A stretch of 64,000 bases of DNA from an uncultured Candidatus Saccharibacteria bacterium. GTDB taxonomy: Bacteria > Patescibacteriota > Andersenbacteria > UBA10190. A program made the translations under genes and the position numbers. This document shows positions 57,536 to 64,000 of this stretch, one piece after another; within the stretch, counting starts at the first letter, position 1; each line of letters starts with the position of its first letter. A model generated the notes under the pieces. That model was given only the letters and a program-made list of their open reading frames with translations. It did no database searches and was not told the DNA's origin. The stretch lies in NCBI GenBank assembly GCA_964371255.1, contig CAYJKV010000001.1, forward strand, positions 99,140 through 163,139, in the 5' to 3' direction.

Positions 57536-57694
57536 TTTTGCTTAACGTTAGGGATATACGCAGTTTTTCTGGAACGAAGTGGAAGAAAAATTTGGGTGAG
57601 GGGCGAGCCGAGTCCCGAACCGCATATGCTGTGTTATACGCCCCGACGACCGTAGGGGGAGAGCGCAGCGGGGCTTGAGTAATTTTCTGGGGCG

Positions 57695-58402
57695 TTAATC
57701 AATTTTGGTGTTATTGATGATGTCATACTTCAAATGCAGGTAAGAATCATTTAGTTTTTTCACTTCGGTTAATTTCAACGCTTTTATCAGACTTAATTCT
57801 TTAACAGAAGTTAAAGATTTTCCGTCGATCAAAGAGGACGTATCTTTTCCACCGATTAAAGTTGGTGCAACAACAATAGAGATTTTATCAATCAATTTAT
57901 TCCTTAAAAAAATCGAGTTTAGCGTTCCGCCAGTTTGGATAGTTACTCTATCAATTCCATAATCCTGTTTCAGTTTTCTGAACAAATCAACAAAATCAAT
58001 TTTGTTCTTATAGTAGATAATTTGCAGATTGTCGGCATCTTTCCTCTTGAAGGCAGGATGATTTTTGTTCGTGGTAATTATGTAAAGTTTCTTGCTTTTT
58101 TTAAGGAAATTATCTACGCCTGTTTTGTTAAGGTGTGGTTCATTGTCAATAATCAGAAAACTGACTGGCAATTTTATGAGATTTTTTTGAGGTTTGTTTG
58201 CCCCAACTTTTTCCATTACTCTGCCTGAATTTAATGAGTGAAAGTCGGTGGTTTTTTCAATATCATAATATTGCTTCAAGCCCTCTTTGATCCCTTGTAT
58301 TTTAGGAAAATCTTTATCGACATCTAATTTATCATTACTTCCCGTTGAAATTTTTCCATCAACCGAAGTGAGCATGAATAAAGTTGTGATTGGTTTGTCC
58401 AT
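57695..58402 (-). CDS. dihydrofolate reductase-family protein (RibD C-terminal domain-like)
   Basis: LFMLTSVDGKISTG N-terminus and ...IQTGGTLNSIFL...VAPTLIGG are typical of the RibD_C/DHFR-like fold. Lys-rich, in an AT-rich region. Confidence 0.55.
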   Translation of the reverse strand: MDKPITTLFMLTSVDGKISTGSNDKLDVDKDFPKIQGIKEGLKQYYDIEKTTDFHSLNSGRVMEKVGANKPQKNLIKLPVSFLIIDNEPHLNKTGVDNFLKKSKKLYIITTNKNHPAFKRKDADNLQIIYYKNKIDFVDLFRKLKQDYGIDRVTIQTGGTLNSIFLRNKLIDKISIVVAPTLIGGKDTSSLIDGKSLTSVKELSLIKALKLTEVKKLNDSYLHLKYDIINNTKID

Positions 58403-58701
58403 AATATAAAACTAAATGATTCTTCTTTATAAAAACATCGTTTCGTAGCCCCAGAAAATCATTTTACTTAACAGGTTGATATAGATACTTACTTTGGTAA
58501 AAGTATCATTAATAGTGTGTTATACAAACTATAGATAGGATTGGCGTTTGGGGCACAGCAATATCAGAACGACGCAAATTTATATGCAAGTGACAAATCC
58601 GGCTTTAAAAAAGATAAAGAGCCCGCTGTGAGAAGTGGTAATCGTAGTCGATAATATATTCCTTTTGATTTATGCTGAAGATGAAGTAATATTAAAGTCC
58701 T

Positions 58702-59388
58702 ATGAGAATTGGTATCGACGCACACATCATATTAGCCAAGCATAAAAGGTATGACCCTAAGATTGCCAGGTATACGGAGAAGTTGATCGCGAATTTGATA
58801 GCCGCGGATAAAAAAGCTGAGCATACCTGGGTGCTTTTTTTCGACGCACGGATGAAGGGGTCAAAGAAATTGAAAAAGTTTGAGTTGCCAAATGTGGAAA
58901 TTAAGCACTTTCCGTTTGTTCAATACCGCAAGTACTTGCCGGTACTGTATTCGCACATGCTCATCTCGTCATTTCTGACCGCGGCCAGATTGGACGTATT
59001 CCATTCGCCGGAAGGTTTAATTCCTTTCCTTTATCCCGGCCGAATTGTCACCACCTTTCATTACGTACCGACCGGCGAAAGTGAAAGCAACATATTTGTC
59101 CGAACATTTATGTTAGGAGCGCGCGCGGCCTTTGCGCAGCTGTGTAAAAGAGCGAAAAAGATTGTGGTGAATAATGGGGCTGATAAAACATTGCTGCTGG
59201 ATAAGCATAGCTGTGATAATAAGCAGGTGATTGTCATGGCCACGGAGGACATCGCGCAAGTGGAATGGGACAAGCGGGTTAAGGATTTAATGGGCTTGTA
59301 TAAAGAAGTAGGACGGAAGAAGTCCAAAAAAACTCCGGTGAAAAAACTAGACAAAAAAGACAGGAAAAAAGGTTCAGATAAGAAATAG
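58702..59388 (+). CDS. truncated GT4-like glycosyltransferase N-terminal domain (possible gene remnant) with Lys-rich tail
   Basis: MRIGIDAHIIL...ARYTEKLIANL...LDVFHSPE resembles a GT4 N-terminal domain, but the catalytic C-terminal domain is absent. It ends in a KKSKKTPVKKLDKKDRKK tail. Confidence 0.35.
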   Translation: MRIGIDAHIILAKHKRYDPKIARYTEKLIANLIAADKKAEHTWVLFFDARMKGSKKLKKFELPNVEIKHFPFVQYRKYLPVLYSHMLISSFLTAARLDVFHSPEGLIPFLYPGRIVTTFHYVPTGESESNIFVRTFMLGARAAFAQLCKRAKKIVVNNGADKTLLLDKHSCDNKQVIVMATEDIAQVEWDKRVKDLMGLYKEVGRKKSKKTPVKKLDKKDRKKGSDKK

Positions 59389-59501
59389 TTTCGACGAGGA
59401 AAGGTGGAGCAATAGGCGGGGCGGTTTTGTGCTGCAGCTGTTAATAAAGATAGCAACAACTGAGAGGGGAAACCGCAACTTCACTTGGCATTAAAGCGCT
59501 G

Positions 59502-62500
59502 ATGTGGTTTCTTAATGATATGGTAAAGAAAAGGCAACAATTTGAGGAGATCCCGTCCCGAGTGAACGTGAATGAGCTGGAACGGGGGATCTTGAGGTTC
59601 TGGGAGGATCAAAAAATATTCCAGAAATCGCTGGATATTAATAAAGATAAAGAGCAGTTTACTTTTTATGATGGTCCGCCCTATGCGACAGGGAAGCCTC
59701 ATTACGGTCATATTTTACAATCCGCGATCAAGGACACGGTCCTCCGATACAAGACAATGCGGGGATATTTTGTGCCGCGGCGAGTCGGCTGGGATTGCCA
59801 TGGATTGCCGGTTGAGACGTTGGTGGAAAAGGAAATGGGCATCAAGTCCAAAAGAGACATAGAAGATAAAATCGGCATAGAGCAATTTAATAACAAATGC
59901 CGGGAAACGGTTTTTCGTTATATTGATGATTTTACGAACACACTGAAAAGGATTGGCCGGTGGGCTGATTATGAGCAAGCTTACGCGACAGTGAATAGGG
60001 ATTACATGGAAACCGAATGGTGGGTTTTTAACAAATTATGGGAACAAGGTTTGGTTTATCGAGCGTTCCGGTCAACGCCATACTGCATCAGGTGCGCTAC
60101 GCCACTGTCGAATTTTGAGGTGACGATAAACTATAAAGATACCAAGGATACGGCTGTGTATGTAATGTTGCCGGTGGCGGGAGAAGATAATTTATTCTTA
60201 CTGGTGTGGACGACAACCCCCTGGACGTTACCGGGAAACGTGGCCGTCGCTTATAATCCTGATCCAAGTTTTGCTTACGTGGTAGTTAAGGATGGCGAGC
60301 GCAATTTGGTTTTGGAAAAAAGCCGGGCCGAAGTGCTGTGGGGCGACCAGGTTGAAGTGGTCAGGGAGCTGACGGGGGCAGATTTGGCCAAGCTAGCAGG
60401 CTATGAACCTTTATATCCGGAAGTGCTGGTTAACATGGAAGGGGTAGAAAAAAGGAAGATGTATACGTTAGTGAAGTCTGACCATGTTGTGAAGGATGAA
60501 GGTACGGGTTTAGTCCATATCGCGCCAGCTTTCGGAGAGGAGGATGCCGCGATTGGCAAAAGCCAAGGCCTGCCGACCTTGAGAACGGTGGACGTGGATG
60601 GGAAATTTACTAACGACGTAAAAAAATGGGCAGGGGAGAATATTTTTGCAGCCAATGAAAAAATCGTCACTGATTTAGAGGAGAGGGGCTTATTATTTAA
60701 GAAAGAGAAATATCAGCACAGTTATCCTTTTTGCTGGCGTTGCGATACGCCTTTGATTTATTACGCACTGAACAGCTGGTTTGTAAAAATTAACGGCAGC
60801 GGATTGAAAGAACGGATGCTATCGGCGGCGGAGAAAATCGACTGGACGCCTAAGCACATCAAGAAAGGCAGGTTTTGGAAGGGCATTGAGTCAGCGCCTG
60901 ATTGGGCGGTATCGCGCAATCGTTATTGGAGCGTACCGATGCCGGTCTGGCACTGTAAGCAGTGCGACACCCAGGTTTGCGTGGAGAGCATCGCACGGCT
61001 TCAGGCATTATCGGGTGCTAATAATGAGCAGGTTAAAGACATACATCGTCCTTACGTAGATGATATTACTTGGACTTGTTCATGCGGTGGGACTATGAAG
61101 AGAGTTGAAGAAGTGTTGGACGTTTGGTTTGACGCGGGATCGATGCCCTATGCGCAGTTGCACTTTCCGTTCGAGAATGAACAGCAGGCTAGGGATAGTT
61201 TTCCGGCAGACTTTATTGTCGAAGCGGTGGAGCAGACGCGGTTATGGTTTTATGTCATGCACGTGCTGGCCTTGGCTTTAACCGATAAGTCTGTTAGCCG
61301 ACAGGTTGGTTTAGGGGAGGACAGCCCAGCCTTTGTGAGCGCCATCGGTTCGGGATTAATTTTTGCTGAGGACGGGCGCAAGCTGTCAAAAAAGCTGAAG
61401 AATTATCCAGAGATGGAACCGACTCTGGAAAGATTTGGGGCAGATGTGCTGCGGCTATATTTACTGAGCAGTGCCAGTCTGGGAGAGCCTTATCGGTTTG
61501 CCGAGAAAGATTTAAGACGCATGCAAAGCAATACTTATATGACGTTGTGGAATGTTTACAGTTTTTTTGTACGATATGCCAACACGCACAATTGGCAGCC
61601 GAGCAAGCGGGCCGTACGATCTGATAATGTGCTGGATGTATGGATAACAGCTAGACTAAAAGATTTTAAGAACGAGGTGGTCAGAGCCACAGATAAGTAT
61701 CAGGTAGATAAGGCAGCGCGCCAATTTATTCCTTTTATTGATGATTTAAGCAATTGGTATGTGAGACGATCGCGCAATAGATTTCAGCGCCCCGTTGATG
61801 ATCAAGAAAGGGAAGCTGCATTTGGGACCCTGCATGAAGTATTAGTTGAGGTGTCTAAAGTAATGGCACCGTATATGCCGTTTGTAACGGAAGCCATTTT
61901 TAAAAACCTGATGAAGCATGGTGAATCTGTCCATTTAGAGAGAATATTGGAACCAGAAGAATTAGATGAGACGGAACAAAAACTGTTGCTGGAAATGGCG
62001 AAGGCACGGGAGGCCGTGGCCGTGGGGCTGGCGCTGCGCGCGAAAAGCGGTATCAAAGTACGTCAGCCACTCTGTGCCTTGTTGGTCAAAGGCGATCCGG
62101 TGAGTGAAACCCTAACAGAAATGATTCGCGAGGAATTGAACGTTAAGGCGGTAAACTTCGTAAAAGAGCTGGCCGACCGAGAGTCTTTGGTCAGGTCCGA
62201 GGAGGCAGGCAAACTGGAAGCAATGCTGGATACGGCAATTACCAAAGAGCTGAAATCCGAGGGGCAGGCCAGGGAAGTAGTGAGGCACGGCCAGGTGCTG
62301 CGGCGGGAAGCCGGTTATGCCTTGGACGATCGGATTGAACTGGTGTTTGCGACCGATGATAGTGAGCTGGAACAGGTATTAATAGACAACAAGAAATATA
62401 TTTTAGAAGCGCTGCAAGCAAACAAGGTAATAAAAAAGAAAGTGGCAGCCGATGAGGCTCAGGATTTAGAGATAGACGGGAAAAAATTATATTTAGGCGT

Positions 62501-62510
62501 GAAAAAATAA
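59502..62510 (+). CDS. ileS: isoleucyl-tRNA synthetase (type 2, eukaryote-like)
   Basis: HIGH motif PPYATGKPHYGHIL, KMSKS motif KLSKKLKN, CP1 editing-domain features and a zinc-binding Cys cluster. 1002 aa, lacking the bacterial type-1 C-terminal Zn finger. Confidence 0.9.
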   Translation: MWFLNDMVKKRQQFEEIPSRVNVNELERGILRFWEDQKIFQKSLDINKDKEQFTFYDGPPYATGKPHYGHILQSAIKDTVLRYKTMRGYFVPRRVGWDCHGLPVETLVEKEMGIKSKRDIEDKIGIEQFNNKCRETVFRYIDDFTNTLKRIGRWADYEQAYATVNRDYMETEWWVFNKLWEQGLVYRAFRSTPYCIRCATPLSNFEVTINYKDTKDTAVYVMLPVAGEDNLFLLVWTTTPWTLPGNVAVAYNPDPSFAYVVVKDGERNLVLEKSRAEVLWGDQVEVVRELTGADLAKLAGYEPLYPEVLVNMEGVEKRKMYTLVKSDHVVKDEGTGLVHIAPAFGEEDAAIGKSQGLPTLRTVDVDGKFTNDVKKWAGENIFAANEKIVTDLEERGLLFKKEKYQHSYPFCWRCDTPLIYYALNSWFVKINGSGLKERMLSAAEKIDWTPKHIKKGRFWKGIESAPDWAVSRNRYWSVPMPVWHCKQCDTQVCVESIARLQALSGANNEQVKDIHRPYVDDITWTCSCGGTMKRVEEVLDVWFDAGSMPYAQLHFPFENEQQARDSFPADFIVEAVEQTRLWFYVMHVLALALTDKSVSRQVGLGEDSPAFVSAIGSGLIFAEDGRKLSKKLKNYPEMEPTLERFGADVLRLYLLSSASLGEPYRFAEKDLRRMQSNTYMTLWNVYSFFVRYANTHNWQPSKRAVRSDNVLDVWITARLKDFKNEVVRATDKYQVDKAARQFIPFIDDLSNWYVRRSRNRFQRPVDDQEREAAFGTLHEVLVEVSKVMAPYMPFVTEAIFKNLMKHGESVHLERILEPEELDETEQKLLLEMAKAREAVAVGLALRAKSGIKVRQPLCALLVKGDPVSETLTEMIREELNVKAVNFVKELADRESLVRSEEAGKLEAMLDTAITKELKSEGQAREVVRHGQVLRREAGYALDDRIELVFATDDSELEQVLIDNKKYILEALQANKVIKKKVAADEAQDLEIDGKKLYLGVKK

Positions 62511-62794
62511 AGCTGCTAAGGCAGGACATTAAAGGGAAGTGACATTATGAAATGTCACTAAAATAGGAGGCTGGGTTTGCTGCTTCTGCGCCCCCGCCCG
62601 ATGGCTTCGTCCTTCGACAAGCTCAGGGCTGCAGGCGCTCGGCGGGGGTCTCCCGAAGCGTCACCCGCGTTTATTAATAAATGACATTTCATGATGTGAT
62701 GTCTAAAGTAGTATGCCGGCTTGATTATCAGGGCTGGGTAATGTATTACAAATAGGCGTTTTGGACTTTGACCAATTGAATTAAGGAACTAGTT

Positions 62795-63349
62795 ATGAAC
62801 AATGAGCTGTCGTTGCATTTTCAGGAGCCGGGATTTATCGCGCGCCATGGACGCCTGACAGATGCTGAGTATGGCCAAGGCTTGGATAATATCGTGGTAG
62901 CATGTGTCGATGTGGCGGTGATGTGTGGAGCGAGGATGTTGGTGGGTCAGCGCATGAACGAACCTTATAAACATGGTTGGTGGATCTGTGGGGGCAGAAT
63001 GTTGCCGGGTGAACAGCGTGAGCAGACGGCCCGAAGGATCGTACACCGTGAGATTGGCTTGGAAATTTCAGCCTTGAAACGGTTCGAAGATTTGCAGTTA
63101 ACCATCCCCTTTGTCTGGTCGACTCGCGCCCAATTGCCAACGGAGTATGGTTGTCACATGGTAGGCATGTATTACATGCTGCGGTTGGACACAGGGGAAA
63201 AAGAGAGAATGACAAGGACAGAAGATTTTCTGCAACATGAGTGGGTAGATGTACTGGGCATAGCGAGAGGCGAGCCGGCTGGCATTGTTTGGCATGAAGC
63301 GATGCGCATGGTCGGACTGGCAGTCAGCCAGAGAATGAACGGGGGATAG
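62795..63349 (+). CDS. NUDIX hydrolase
   Basis: Nudix box GGRMLPGEQREQTARRIVHREIGLEI, matching the Gx5Ex7REUxEExGU pattern approximately. 184 aa. Confidence 0.55.
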   Translation: MNNELSLHFQEPGFIARHGRLTDAEYGQGLDNIVVACVDVAVMCGARMLVGQRMNEPYKHGWWICGGRMLPGEQREQTARRIVHREIGLEISALKRFEDLQLTIPFVWSTRAQLPTEYGCHMVGMYYMLRLDTGEKERMTRTEDFLQHEWVDVLGIARGEPAGIVWHEAMRMVGLAVSQRMNGG

Positions 63350-63489
63350 ATCTGATGAAGGCGGCGTGACCAAGAATGTTGTTTTACCCCCACACCCAGA
63401 AAGCGCCGGCCTTTAAGGCCGGTGATGAATGGTTTTGATATTAGCTCCGCTAAAAAGCCCTGACCTTTAGGCCAGGGTGTAGGGGTTTA

Positions 63490-63549
63490 CACGGACCGGG
63501 TCCGTGTTTTTTAAACAAAAACTCCACCAGGATCAGGTGGAGTTTTTGC
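63490..63549. terminator. pair of hairpin terminators (bidirectional)
   Basis: CACGGACCGGGTCCGTG plus TTTTTT, then AAAAA plus CTCCACCAGGATCAGGTGGAG plus TTTTT. They sit between the convergent NUDIX and DUF11 genes. Confidence 0.6.
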
Positions 63550-63587
63550 TTGCTTTATCCCACGGTCGCGGGATAAGTCAGGCAAGC

Positions 63588-64000
63588 TTAGAGATATTTC
63601 TTTAAGGAGACCACGAGTCCGAGAGAGCCGATAAGTATAGAAGCAGCGCTGGTTGTGCCTGCACCGGTAGCGGCGGTGACAGGAACAGCGATTGGCTTGG
63701 TAGTGGCAGCTGCAACGCGGCCTGGTACGGAGACGATAGTCGTGTCGGTGTCGGTATCAGACAAGCCTTTATTCTCGCTTCGAGCCTTGACAGAATTGAC
63801 TAGTGATTTTCCGTCCTGGGCATTCCGGTCGACACGAACCTCAACAAAGAATGTTAGGGATTCACCACCGCTCAGGGCGATGTCAGACCACGTGACTGTG
63901 TTGCCTTCGACACGGCCGTCGCTGGATACTTCAGTGATTGTGACTAAACCGGGAACGGTGTCTGTTATCTCAAGATCATCAATAGTACCTTCACCGTCAT
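63588..64000 (-). CDS. C-terminal part of a surface protein with DUF11-type repeat and C-terminal TM anchor (partial, continues beyond window)
   Basis: The minus-strand frame is open from the window edge to the TAA at 63588-63590. Translation gives ...ITDTVPGLVTITEVSSDGRVEGNTVTWSDIALSGGESLTFFVEVRV (a DUF11-like conserved repeat), then ...TDTDTTIVSVPG..., ending in a hydrophobic segment SILIGSLGLVVSL plus KKYL, a sorting-signal-like arrangement. Confidence 0.55.
   Translation of the reverse strand, partial: DGEGTIDDLEITDTVPGLVTITEVSSDGRVEGNTVTWSDIALSGGESLTFFVEVRVDRNAQDGKSLVNSVKARSENKGLSDTDTDTTIVSVPGRVAAATTKPIAVPVTAATGAGTTSAASILIGSLGLVVSLKKYL

Noticed and set aside
1-64000. CRISPR arrays, rRNA genes, tRNA genes
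   Set aside because: I found no regularly spaced short direct repeats with unique spacers, no rRNA-like conserved stretches, and no tRNA-like cloverleaf candidates in the intergenic gaps. The only GTTCAATTCC T-loop-like element is the tmRNA T-arm.

Overview
The window is about 64 kb of a bacterial chromosome with moderate GC (roughly 50%). Several features suggest a small-genome, monoderm-type organism, possibly a Patescibacteria/CPR-like lineage. This is inference only, from gene content, not from any database hit: the locus has pilM/N/O but no pilQ secretin, and it carries YfhO, PrsW, a C-terminally anchored DUF11 protein and a type-2 IleS.

In order along the window:
1. A compact folate/thymidylate-cycle cluster: folC (minus strand), then thyA-folA-glyA.
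2. A SAM-methyltransferase, leucyl aminopeptidase pepA, and a znuC-znuB zinc-type ABC pair.
3. A very large type IV pilus locus, 9.7-28.3 kb. It contains pilB, pilC and six pilin-like or PilX-like genes. Two of those fuse a prepilin N-terminus to large cysteine-rich or Ca-binding repeat domains. A GT39 protein O-mannosyltransferase-like gene follows, then two tandem pilM-pilN-pilO modules.
4. Sugar-nucleotide genes (a cytidylyltransferase-like protein, an RHH-fused NTP-transferase, a UXS-like dehydratase) and a PrsW protease.
5. The infC-rpmI-rplT operon and smpB, followed by a tmRNA gene (ssrA).
6. An accessory region directly downstream of ssrA, 35-47 kb. It opens with three copies of a ~140-bp repeat that begins with the ssrA 3' end, which looks like a tandem island or cassette signature, although no integrase is seen. 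Its genes are a TrpF-like orphan, two paralogous ~63-aa proteins, a J-domain-like membrane protein, an orphan csrA, a 456-aa protein of unknown family, an M24 peptidase and a cupin.
7. A glycosylation cluster: a YfhO-like membrane protein, a sugar C-methyltransferase and a GT2 polyprenol-phosphate-mannose synthase.
8. A candidate sRNA flanked by a strong promoter and a terminator.
9. truD, argS, an AT-rich islet with a RibD_C/DHFR-family gene and a truncated GT4-like gene, ileS, a NUDIX hydrolase, and a partial DUF11 surface protein at the window edge.

No rRNA, tRNA or CRISPR array was found. All calls rest on motif recognition by eye. I did not run any similarity search.
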